NCBI GenBank assembly: GCA_043228905.1
Contig: JBHGNT010000003.1
Location: forward strand, 2,356,001 to 2,420,000
Reading direction: 5' to 3'
Length of the DNA stretch: 64,000 nucleotides
Source: Azolla caroliniana
Taxonomy: Eukaryota > Plantae > Polypodiophyta
Shown: in pieces, positions 39,501-51,149 of the stretch
Layout: each line of letters starts with the position of its first letter
How positions within the stretch are numbered: the first letter of the stretch is position 1
Program-made: the position numbers and the translations under genes
The notes under the pieces: generated by a model
What the model was told of the DNA's origin: nothing
What the model saw: only the letters and a program-made list of their open reading frames with translations
The model's database searches: none

Positions 39501-40097
39501 GCAAAAAGAAAAGTCTCTTCTCTACTCTAGAGTAGGAGGAAGCGTTCATGGGAGGACAATGGCCAGGCTGGACAGATGGTATTTGGACCCTCGGCTCATC
39601 GATATGAAAGGAAAATACATAATTTGCCCTAGGACGATGTTCTCAGACCATGCACCAGTCCTATTACATATAAAAGAAAACATTCGATGCAATCCACATA
39701 ATGTGAAGGTGAGCAAGGAGTTGGTCATGGACAATAAATGGACTAATGATATAAGAAGGCTATGGTCTAATGTCAAATGGATGTATCATGATCCCACTCA
39801 TAGGCTAGCTGGGAAAATTGAGGAATGTGCATGCTTCTTTCGGAAGAAAGCAGCTGAAATTAGAAAACAGATGAAGGAGAAACTACAAAGAATGCAATGG
39901 ACACTCGCGTCTATGCAACGACTAAGAGATCAACACCCGAATAATGTATGGATTGAGGCCCAACTAGAGGAGGCAAAATGCAAATTGGATATGTATCAGA
40001 AACTAAGGACTACTAATGCCTATCATAATAAAGCTGTAAGTTGGATGAGGGTAGGAGACCGTGGTACGAAAGGTTTTTTTCGAGCTGTAAAATGTGA
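36513..40097 (+). mobile_element. L1-like LINE, degenerate: ORF1 (~37100-38768) and ORF2 AP endonuclease, truncated before RT
   Basis: ORF1 has a decayed knuckle CFVCR*MGHMGQE. ORF2 has ITWNI, DVIMVQEHH, NIYAPN, IIGGDFN, RLDRWY, SDHAPV, and W..GDRGTKGFF at the break. Confidence 0.9.
36764..37100 (+). mobile_element. Possible small solo LTR inside the LINE 5' region
   Basis: TGACAC...GTGACA ends, TATAAATAG at ~36966, and a composition switch from the flanks. No clean TSD. Confidence 0.4.
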
Positions 40098-40575
40098 AGG
40101 GCTATTGAAGGTAGCATATCGGTGATGAAATACGACAAGAGAAAGCTTCGGTTCGATCTTCCACAACTTGTCGTGCAAGATAACACGGAGGATGTGTTGA
40201 GGAACCTCCTTGCATATGAAGAAAGCCATACCAATACTGGTCATGAGTTCTCTCTGTATGTGGTCACCATGAGCTCCCTTATCAAGACCCACGAAGATCT
40301 AGCAATCTTGACTAAGGCACAGGTGATACAGGGCAGCCTTGGAAACAGCGAAAGGTTGGTCCAAATGTGGAGTGCCATGGCCATGAATGTTGAGATTCGA
40401 TTGCGTGAAAGATGGGAAGAGATGAAACACGATGTAATGGAGCATTATGAGAGTCGTTGGCGTTTCGTGCGAGGTATTTTTCCCCGCCATGGTAATTGAT
40501 TTCAGTCCTTCCTGCGTTTCTATCGCACACAGGCTATATATGTTGTTAGGGTTATTACCAAAAGCCCTAATTTAA
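40098..40575 (+). pseudogene. DUF247 3' fragment (anchor-less subfamily) fused to the LINE
   Basis: RAIEGSISVMKYDKRKLRFDLPQL..LRNLLAYEE..WRFVRGIFPRHGN*. Confidence 0.9.
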
Positions 40576-41379
40576 ACATTGAACCTTAATAAAACCCTAG
40601 GGCTAAAATAAAGAAGCTCAAAAGCAACAGAGTGTGGAGCTTTGTTCATTCATTTGGAATTTCATTGTACGTAATTTCTGTTATTTGTTTTGTAACTCTC
40701 AGAAGATGATGTATGTAGTAGAAGTAAAATAAGTGACAAGGACTAAGTGTCCTGTGGACTCATAAAAACATGGTGGAATATGCTATTTGCAATCCCACAT
40801 TGTACTTATGATAAATAATTATTGGTGATTATTGTGTTATTGAGTATATTGTTACAAGCATTGGTTCAGTAGGCAAAGCATCTTGTCCTCTCCCAATTAA
40901 AATGAAGTACGTTCTGTATGAGTCTCATTAGACTATCACATCAGCTTTGATCACATCACAACCATAATGTTGGTGTACTTTGTATGACTCTCATGATTCA
41001 TCAGATAATCACATACACTTTGATCGCATCACAGTCATAATTGTTAGGATACCCCAGCTTAGATAGAGTGCCCACTGTAGCCATAATATCCATAGCCAAT
41101 CTTTACACAGAGCTCAACCTAAAGGATGGGCATTGGAAAGTAATATGCAACAATCTTATTTGCAGAAATATTGCACATTGTACTTGGTTGGCAATTTGTA
41201 CACAAATGCGATGAATGGAGTCCATGAACATGCTTTTAACTCTTTGTGCCTTGGACGTATTATCATGTCAGAACCATAACATGTTTGACATAATATTTGA
41301 TCTCGTCTATTTATTATTGGTGAACGTCTGTAATGAACTTCCTATAACCACGCCATGATAGCATAACATGTTTCTCTCC

Positions 41380-42328
41380 AAGGAAGACCCTATGAAAGGT
41401 GTCTGCAAGTACTTCACCATTTTCTTCTTTAATAATGACTTTACATTCCGCTCTAGACTACGGAGGGAGGGACTTGCTATTGGTAGGAAATCAAATCCCC
41501 ATGTCATATGTGAAGAAGATTACAGAGATTGCTAGCAATTGCAACTTCTCATTGGATGTTCTCGAGCATAACGTGAGGAAATTCATTGTGCTTTGGATTC
41601 CATTCATCTCTAGCAAACGAGTGAAGACCAGATTTGAGAAATTTCTTCAATCGAAAGACAGAAAGTTGATCTATAATTTCAAGCATCTACTCGATGCCCT
41701 CTATTATTCGTGCACTGAAACATTTGACAACACTAAGCGACCGTCTGAGAGATCACCATGTTCTCCTGAAGAGGAGTCTTATCACATCCCAACGGCATCC
41801 CAACTCTCGAAAGCCGACATTTCGTTCAAGGCTTGTGAAGGTAATGTATCGGTGATGAAGTATGACAAGAGGAAACTTCAGCTCCATCTTCCACGCCTTA
41901 TCGTGTACAATGGCACCGAGGATGCACTCCGGAACCTTCTTGCCTATGAACAAACCTTCAGAGATGGAGGTGAGTTCACAACGTATGCGGCCATCATGGA
42001 CTAGCTCATCGACACCAAAGAAGATCTAGCGATCTTGACTAAGGCGAAAGTGCTAGAGATCCAAGTCGGGAACGAAGAGAGGTTGATCCAGATGTGGAAC
42101 ATGTGCATCAATGTCTATTATGAGCCGTGTAAGGAATGGAAAGAGATGATCCGTGAGATAAATGCCCACAATTCCTCCCGTTGGCGTCGCTTGTATGTGG
42201 AGTTTTATCAAACATATTTGTCTCGGCCGTGGCTAGTGGTATCCGTCATTGCTGCATTTGTACTGCTCTCAGCTTCAATATTCCAGACAGTCTACTCAAT
42301 CTTAGCTTATTACAAACCCTTAAATTAA
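41380..42328 (+). pseudogene. 5'-truncated DUF247 pseudogene (copy-1-like) with transmembrane helix
   Basis: RDLLLVGNQIP, HLLDALY, IPTASQLSKADISF, in-frame TAG at 42002-42004, then YLSRPWLVVSVIAAFVLLSASIFQTVYSIL. Confidence 0.9.
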
Positions 42329-43684
42329 AGTAAACGCTAAACCCTTAACCAGAGGGCCAAAATAAAGAAGCTCAACACAATCAAGTATACAGCTTTTTTA
42401 TTCATTTTGGGATTTTATTATTTAATGGTTATGGTTTATTGATTTATAATCCACATTGGCTTATGAAATTGTGGAAGATTATGTACTTATGATGAGTCAT
42501 GTTTTATTGATTTATTGTCCATATTGGTTTATGAAATTGTGGAATATTATGTACTTATGGTGAATTGTTAACAAAGAGTGACAATCTTAATAGATGTAAT
42601 ACCACATCATCATCATGCTACAAAGCATATAACTCGACATTTCTAAATATCCATTCAGCATTTAAACATATGATAAGATGTTTGCGGCATACAAAACAAG
42701 ATTGCCAGAGAAAGAGACAGATTGGGATGTAAAACATTATGATGTTGGAGTTTCTTGATACATTGGTGCTTCAAGAAGCTTGAGTAATTGCAAGACAAAA
42801 TTGTCCATGAGGTGATGTGTCAACTACAAGTATTTCAATGGAATTGATGTGTATTAATGTATATCTTATGCGATTGTAAGTGTCAACTGAATTGCATATA
42901 TGTTCCGTGGAAATAAACATTACAGGAATCTATCGTAAACTATTCATCCAAGTAGTTTCTTACAACTCCTAATCTATAGTTACATAATCAAAAGATTCAA
43001 TTGGTGTTGTATATTCTCTGATAATCTTGAAGACTATCAGTGTTTCCGAACATTGTTTATAGGTTTTATTGTAGTAACGAATGGAGGCTGTTAATTAGAG
43101 CTTACTTATAAACAGCAAGTAATCACCAGTTTATTAGTGTTTGCCGCTTCAAGCAAGAACTCCTGAAAGGCAAACGCCACCAAAGTTTCAGCTTTTTCTG
43201 TACTTATTTCTTATCAAACGATCCTGCCATGTAATTGAGTCATTTACTAAAATACTGTTCATGTTAAGCCTTGTGCAAATGATGTGATTAGTGTTTGTGT
43301 TTTGCAAATTTGTTGTGATTAGTGCTGTATGTAACGTCCTTAATCCATAAAGAGCCACAATTTTGCCTCAACTTTCCCATCATGGAAAAAAAAAACACTT
43401 TATATCTAGAATGGAGATCGAGCTTTCTTAAATGAGACTATAATCCAGGCTGTATGAATTAAAGAATGGGATAGAACTTTTACACAGTAAGGAGTTGTTG
43501 ACTTTGCTATGTTTGCAGGATAGTGGTCTCTCTCCATAAATATGATCGTGGCATATTACACACACGCACAATTTTTCTCTATCTATTCTTATCTCCTGCA
43601 AGAAAAGACTAGCAAATCAAGAAAGCATCAGGTTTCTGCCCACCGAAGAAGTTGAATAGAATATCAACAAGGAAATCAATCTAG

Positions 43685-44970
43685 TTGAAATCAAATCTTC
43701 AAATGAATGAAGACGCTAATTGGGATATAATGTTGACATTAGCATCAAGTGTTCAAAAGGGTGAAGTAATCAATACTGCTTTCATGCCGCCATGGGACGG
43801 CGACAGACATGAATCTTCTCCTGTTGATGCTCATACACATGATTCCACGGGAAGTTCGAAGATTTCGAGGCCTCCCCAAGCATTACTGGATGTCAATCCA
43901 CAGTCATATTACCCTCAGATCCTGACCATCGGACCATTGTATCAAATGCGTAATGCAAATCTTTCTTTTGATCATTATAAGGCATCGTCTGTGGACGGAT
44001 TCATGCAAAGACATAGGATTTCTGATAAGGAAGAGCTCATGCGACGCCTCAACTATGACCCTCTTCACATGCATTATTCAGGCCTCCCCGAAAATAGCTC
44101 TAATTCGCTCGAGCTTTTGGTCACTGAAGATACAGTCTTCATTCATGAGTTCTTGTTGTTTCTGTGGTATGAGTTGCAACCCCAACACAAGGAACACGAC
44201 CACTTTCCCACACTCTGCAACAATGACTTGACCTACATGCAAGTATGGAGAGATTTGTTCTTGATGGGCAACCAAATTCCCATGTCATATCTAAAGAAGC
44301 TGATTGAAGAGTTTCCAAACCCACCAAACTTAGACATGGATGAGATCCAGAAAGTAGTGGCTGATGTTGTTAAAAGAATTGATCCATTCCCTATCAGGAA
44401 TTCTCAGCACAAGAGTTTTGGAACTCCAAATTTTCTTCATTGCAGTCATTTACTTGATTGGCTATATGTTTGGGTCATCCGAAGGCAAGCCATCGAGCAA
44501 AGAGCAGATCCTATACCAACTGATCTTCCATCAGCGTCTCAACTCTATAAAGCAGGCATCAGGTTTAGGGCTATTGAAGGTAGCATATCTGTGATGAAAT
44601 ATGACAAGAGAAAGCTTCGGTTTGATCTTCCACAACTTGTCGTGCAAGATAACACGGAGGATGTGTTGAGGAACCTCCTTGAATATGAAGAAAGCCTTAC
44701 AAATGCTGGTCATGAGATCTCTCTGTATGTGGTCACCATGAACTCCCTTATCAAGACCCAAGATGATCTATCAATCTTGAGCAAGGCACTTGTGATACAG
44801 AGCAAACATGGAAGCAGCGAAAGATTGCTCCAGATGTGGAGTGCCATGGCCAAGAATGTGGTGATTCAACCTTCCAAAGATGGGACGAGATGATACACGA
44901 TGTAATCCAGGAGGATTATAGGAGCCCATGGCGTTTCTTACCAAGTATTTTACTCTGTCATGGCAATTGA
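43685..44970 (+). pseudogene. DUF247 copy (anchor-less subfamily): ~400-codon ORF with an extra frameshift near 44870
   Basis: Full core motifs. The ORF stops at 44893 and the subfamily tail WRFLPSILLCHGN* follows out of frame. The first ATG is at 43703. It could still yield a truncated protein. Confidence 0.82.
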
Positions 44971-45717
44971 TTTCAGGCCTTGCAGCGTTTCTAATGCAGA
45001 CAAACTTTACGTTCGTGGGGTATTATCAAAGTCCCTAATTTAACTACTGAACCTTAATAAAACCTTAGGGCTGAAATAAAGGCTCATAAACAATGGGCGT
45101 GTGCAGCTTTGTTCATTCATTTGGGATCTCGTTGTAGGTTACTTTCATTATAACTCTCGGAGGATGATGTAGTTAAAGTAAAATAAGTGACAAGTGATAA
45201 AAGTGCTATGGACTCATAGAAACATGGTCGAATATGCTATTTTGCAATCCGACATTGTACTTATGATAAATAATTGGTGACTACTATATTATCGAGTATC
45301 ATTTTACCAACATTGGTTCAATAAGGAAATCATCTTCTCCTCTCCCAATTAGAATGAAGTATGTTTCGTAACAGCCTCATTAGACAATCACATACACTTT
45401 GATCACAATCACAACTAGAATGTTGGTAATCGGGATACCCGAGCATAGATAGAGTGCCCACTCTAGTCATAATATGCATAGCCAGTATTTCAACCGAATG
45501 AATGGGCATTGGCAAGTAATATGAAACCATCTTATCCACTCAAATATTCGCGCATGATACTTGGTTGTTAATTTGTACACAAACGTGATGAATGGACTAC
45601 ATGAACATGAATATACTCTCAAATACTTGTGCCTTGGACGTATTATCATGTCGGGACAATAACATGTTTGACTTAGTATTTGTTATCTTCTATAATGAGC
45701 TTACCATAACTAAGCAA

Positions 45718-46430
45718 TGCTCATGAAAAGCAAGAATTTTTGGAAGAATTCAATGCTCGTGAAATTAGAGGAAGTTCTTTCAACTAGATGCTCCTCCTAT
45801 CTTGTCTACAGACTACTACTATATGCAAAGACTGTCGTCTTTGTTAAAGATATAATTTAAATATCTACGTAGAAAATACAAGAATGCATGAGTTGCGTCT
45901 TTAAGTGTTTTCTTTGTAAGAATGTATATAAAGTGTTGTTTTGACATAATGAAATATATTAAAGGTTTGTACACGCGCAAAGTGCTTAGGAGTTCTAGGA
46001 AATTACTTGAATCAATAGTTTGCCTTGGGTCCACCCGAACTGGAATCAGAATTCCTTTGAATTTTATGCAATTTTCTACAGAAACCACATGGGGAATTTG
46101 ACTACCTATCAACAACTTTCCTTTGTGAATAGTCAATAATTGCTCATGAAAAGCAAGAATTTTTGGAAGAATTCAATGCTTGTGAAATTAGAGGAAGTTC
46201 TTTCAACTAGATGCTCCTCCTATCTTGTCTACAGACTACTACTATATGCAAAGACTGTCATCTTTGTTAAAGATATAATTTAAATATCTACGTAGAAAAT
46301 ACAAGAATGCATGAGTTGCGTCTTTAAGTGTTTTCTTTGTAAGAATGTATATAAAGTGTTGTTTTGACATAATGAAATATATTAAAGGTTTGTACACGCG
46401 CAAAGTGCTTAGGAGTTCTAGAAAATTACT
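45718..46430. repeat. ~290-bp direct repeat (45718-46010 and 46141-46430)
   Basis: TGCTCATGAAAAGCAAGAATTTTTGG...GAGTTCTAG.AAATTACT occurs twice with only a few mismatches. Confidence 0.9.
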
Positions 46431-46431
46431 G

Positions 46432-47255
46432 ATATGCCATGGGCTCTGATAATGCTCCATTACATCGTCTATCATCTCTTCCCATCTTTCGCGTGACTGA
46501 ATCACAACATTAGTGGCCATGGCACTCCACATCGGGATCAACCTTTCGCTGCTTCCAAGTTTGCTCTGTATTACTTGTGCCTTAATCAAGATTGCAAGAT
46601 CTTCGTGGGTCTTGATAAGGGAGCTCATGGTGACCACATACAGAGAGAACTCATGACCAGTATTGGTAAGGCTTTCTTCATATGCAAGGAGGTTCCTCAA
46701 CACATCCTCCATGTTATCTTGCACGACAAGTCTTGGAAGATCAAACCGAAGCTTTCTCTTGTCGTATTTCATCACTGATATGCTACCTTCAATAGCCTTA
46801 AACCTGATGCCTGCTTTATAGAGTTGAGACGCTGATGGAAGATCAGTTGTTATGGGATCTTCTTTTTGCTCGATGGCTTGCCTCCTATTATTGTGTAATG
46901 GCTTTCGGATGACCCAAACATATAGGCAATGAAGTAGATGATTGCAATGTTGAAATTTTGGAGTTTTATAATTCTCGTGCTGAGAATTCTTGATAGGGAA
47001 TGGATCAATTCTTTTGACAACATCAGCCACTACTTTCTGGATCTCATCCATTTGTAAGTTGGCTTGGTTTGGAAACTCTTTAATCAGCTTCTTTAGATAC
47101 GACATGGGAATTTGGTTGCCCATCAAGAACAAGTCCCTCCATACTTGGCTGTATGTGAGGTCATTGTTCTAGAGTGTGGGCAAATGGTCGTGTTCCTTGT
47201 GTTGGGGTTCCTGCAACTCATACCACAGAAACAGAAAGAATTCATGAATGAAGAC
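46432..47255 (-). pseudogene. Inverted DUF247 fragment, truncated at both ends
   Basis: VFIHEFFLFLWYELQ, a stop, then FLMGNQIPMSYLKK ... HYQSPW. Closely resembles 44135-44932. Confidence 0.9.
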
Positions 47256-48492
47256 GGGTGAAGGAGTTATTGAAGTATTCATCTCGCCACGGGATGGCCA
47301 TAGACATGAATTTCCTTCTGTCAATGCTGGTACAGATGTGTTCGATGAAAGTTCGAAGATTTCAAGGCCACCCCAAGCATTATTGGATTTCAAGACACAG
47401 TCATATTCCCCTCAGGTCCTGACCATCGGACCGTTCTATCAAATGCTTGATGGGAGTCGTTCTTTTGATCATTATAAGGCACCGTGTGTAGACGCATTCA
47501 TGAGAAGACATAGGATATCAGATAAGGAAGAGCTCATGCGACGCCTCAACTATGAGCCTCTTCACATGCATTATTCGAACCTCCCTGAAAATACTTTTGA
47601 TTCCCTCGAGCTTTTGGTCACCGAAGATACCATCTTCATTCATGAATTGTTGCTGTTTCTGTTGAATCAGTTGCAACCCCAACACAAGGAACACGACCAC
47701 TTCCCTACACTCTGCAACAATGAGCTCACATACAAACAAGTATGGAGGGACTTGTTCTTGATGGGAAACCAAATTCCCATGTCGTATCTGAAGAACCTGA
47801 TCCAAGAGTTTCCAAGCTTCAAACTGGATGAACTCCAGGAAGCATTAGCTGATGTTGTTAAAAGAATTGATCCATTCCCTATCCACCAATCTCAGCACGA
47901 GAAATTTGAAACTACAGAGTTTCTCCATTGTAATCATCTACTTGACAGCCTATATGTTTGGGCCACCCGAAAACCATTCGAAGAGAGTAGGAGACAAGAA
48001 ATCAATCCACTTATATTCCCACAACAAGCAGATCGCACGACAACTCATCTTCCATCAGCGATTCAACTCTCTAGAGTGGGCATTAGCTTTAGGGCTATTG
48101 AAGGTAGCATATCGGTGATGAAATACAACAAAAGAAACCTTCAGTTCGATCTTCCACGACTTGTTGTGCAAGATACCACAGAGGATGTGTTGAAGAACCT
48201 CCTTGCATATGAACAAAGCCTCACCAATGCTGCTGGTGGGTTCTCTCTGTATGTGCTCACCATGAACTCCCTTATCAAGACCCAAGAAGATCTGGCAATC
48301 TTGACTAAGGCACAGGTGATAGGGAGCAAACTTGGAAACATCGAAAGGTTCATCCCGATGTGGAGTACCATGGCCAAGAATGTTGTGATTCGATCGCCCG
48401 AAAGATGGGACGAGATGATACACGATGTAATAGAGCATTATAGGAGCCCATGCCGTTTCATACGATGTATGTTACTCTGTAATGGCATTTGA
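47248..48492 (+). CDS. DUF247 copy, 414-aa open frame, no transmembrane helix, native 5' end lost (probable pseudogene)
   Basis: All core motifs are present and it ends CRFIRCMLLCNGI*. The ATG lies in the antisense of the adjoining inverted copy. Confidence 0.7.
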   Translation: MKTGEGVIEVFISPRDGHRHEFPSVNAGTDVFDESSKISRPPQALLDFKTQSYSPQVLTIGPFYQMLDGSRSFDHYKAPCVDAFMRRHRISDKEELMRRLNYEPLHMHYSNLPENTFDSLELLVTEDTIFIHELLLFLLNQLQPQHKEHDHFPTLCNNELTYKQVWRDLFLMGNQIPMSYLKNLIQEFPSFKLDELQEALADVVKRIDPFPIHQSQHEKFETTEFLHCNHLLDSLYVWATRKPFEESRRQEINPLIFPQQADRTTTHLPSAIQLSRVGISFRAIEGSISVMKYNKRNLQFDLPRLVVQDTTEDVLKNLLAYEQSLTNAAGGFSLYVLTMNSLIKTQEDLAILTKAQVIGSKLGNIERFIPMWSTMAKNVVIRSPERWDEMIHDVIEHYRSPCRFIRCMLLCNGI

Positions 48493-50224
48493 TTTCAGTC
48501 CTTCCGGCGTTTCTATCGCACACAGGGCTATACGTTCTTAGGTTATTATCAAAAATCCTAATTTCACTATTGAATCTTAGGTTCTTAGTGACAAGGAATA
48601 TGAGGTTTATGGACTCATAAAAAACATGGTCGAATATGCTATTTGCAATCCCATAATAAATAATTAGTGATTACTGTATTAATTGAGTATCTTGTACAAG
48701 CTTTGGTTCAATTAGACAATCACATATGCATTGATCGCATCTCAAACATAATGTTAGGATACCCCAGCATAGATAGATAGAGGGCCCACTCTACCCATGT
48801 TATGCATAGCTGGTATTTACACAAGCATGGGCATTGGCAAGTAATATGCAACAATCTTATTTGCTGAAATATTCGCACACTCTACTTGCTTCGCAATTTG
48901 TACACAAATGTGACGAATGAACTAAATGAACATGCTTTCAACTGCTTGTGCCTTGGACATTGTATCATGTCGGGACACTAACATGCTCGACTTAGTATTT
49001 GAACTCCTCTATTTATCATTGGTGAAGGTTTATAATGAACTTACGATAACCAAATGATGATAGCAGACAACCTCGGGGTGTTTCTTAATATAAATGTAGT
49101 AAATTTCTTTGTCTAGAGTAGAGCTAAACTTTGTACATGTTCGAGTTGGGATCCCAGTTTGTAAAACCGTTTGAAGAAATAAAGAGAGAGAACTAATCTC
49201 CATGCTTCTTGTATTTATATCATTCACGTCACAAGACGAGTAGATGTTAGATATAGAGACCAATGTTGGCACAAAATTCCGTAAGGGAAAAGAATACATA
49301 TTAGAGGTAGAAGCAAAGTTAATACTTTAGGTTGTAATGATCAATGCCATAACTATGGTGGTTAATTGTCATTCAGATTGTGAGTACTTAGATTGATGTT
49401 TCATGGATGGGGCCAGAGACCAAGTAGGACGTGACAATTTCAAAGTCTCCTCGACTGTGTACAAGAATAAATTTCACCTACAAAAACGCTCTGTAGTATT
49501 GTATATAACTGTGTATTTGAGATTGCTTTGTTAGAATGTAATGTAGGAATGAGAACATCTAACAAAATCTATATCCTACAAATAATGACTTTGGAAGATG
49601 AAAGTCTAATCGGAAACTTGCCAACAACTAACTGACAACTTGAGTGTTCAAAGAGCATAATCTCATTTATTATTTGAAGTCAATTATATATGTCGTTCAA
49701 ATTCTAATTTGGTTAATCTCGATCATTGGTTATTTTTGTGCGTGGATATCCCTTTCTTCTTTCTGAAGATGGGCAAGCATCCATGAAGATTTGATCAAGA
49801 TATTTATGTCTGAGTAATGAAGAATAGAGAAGAAGGCCAAAGTAAGGATGTAAAACATAAACTTAATCTCTAAAATCGAGATCAAGCTCACCTAAATGAG
49901 AATCCAATCTAGGCTGTCTAAATTAAAGAATGGCACAGAACATGTGTTGAGCAAACTCTTACATCCACAAACCTTTTACAAATAAGGAGTTCCCTTTACT
50001 ATGTATGCGATCATAAAGTTGAGTTTAGTCAGCTCATCAACACCCATGACATGAACCATGTAGGGGTGTAGACAACTTTAGTTGTATGCTTTGGCTATGG
50101 TGCATAAAATGATGAAGAAGAAGGGGAAGAAGACCATGCTTCTTTGGCTAACTCCTATTGGCGAAGTCTTAAGCTTTCACAATAGGAGAGGAAGAAGAGA
50201 AGTAGAAATCGCGAAGCTTGAGCT

Positions 50225-50850
50225 GTGGTGAGATTTTTCCATGTGGAGCTCATCATTGGGCTTATTCTGTCACTACTACTTCTCATAGCAGGGTTATATC
50301 AGCTATGGAGACCTTCAAGCAAGAAGGATAAACACCAGCATGACAAGAAGCTGCCTTTACCTCTAGGTAGTCTCCACCTTCCCTTCATTGGTGAAAACCT
50401 AGATCTTTATAGAGCAAACTTGCAAGGGCTCTTGTGGAAATTCATGGATGACCACGTCTACGCCTATGGAGACACATTCAAGACTAGCCTAATGGTAGTT
50501 CTTGCTAGACCTTTGGGCAACAAGGCAGCCTTTTCTAATGTACATGTCTTTTTTTCCCCCAAGCATTCTCTCTATGCTCGGGACCAAATCCATCTTTGGA
50601 CATTTTGGAGCTCACGTAGGTTGGTTTCGGAAGGCCCTCATGATGTTCTTGCGACTTGAATCTTTGCGAAGATACACGAGCCGAGTCGATCTCATCCTCC
50701 TTAGGTTCATTAGTGAGCATTTTGAAGGCAAATCCCAGGTCATCCTGGGCCCCCTGATGAAGAACCTCATATTCTCTATAGCTTATGAGGTTTTGCTTGG
50801 CCTGCCGCTTTATTCAATAGTTACAACGACAACAACTTCTATGAGCTAGA
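50225..50850 (+). pseudogene. Cytochrome P450 (CYP85 clan, CYP716-like) 5' pseudogene
   Basis: Anchor LIIGLILSLLLLIAGLYQLW, proline hinge LPLPLGSLHLPFIGENL, YGDTFKTSL..GNKAAFSN, frameshift, RKALMMFLRLESLRRY..KNLIFSIAYEVLLG. The start is GTG here versus ATG at 14709. No heme motif remains. Confidence 0.85.
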
Positions 50851-51149
50851 TTACAATGCCAGTTATATAGTAACTTGTCTAGGGCAATTGGCCTTTGACA
50901 TATTTACAAAATTGACCTAAACTTAGACTGTCCATGGGACAATGTGAATACGGTCATTATATACCCATATTCGACACTCCCTCGTAATGGGCGTATACAA
51001 CAAGAGATCTGTAAAGGAAGAAAACAGGTAATGCAATTTTATACAAGATTGTCGAACAAATCGATTTTGTTCGAGTCGGCGGAATCCAAGAACAGAAGAC
51101 CTAGTCGGCCAGGGTCGGAAGAGTTGAAATAGAGCCTCGAATTGCGAGC

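Noticed and set aside
45718-46430. TRIM-type mini retrotransposon made of two 290-bp repeats
   Set aside because: No TG...CA termini, PPT or TSD. The PBS-like TGGAATCAGA is ~40 bp from the repeat end, so local duplication is simpler.
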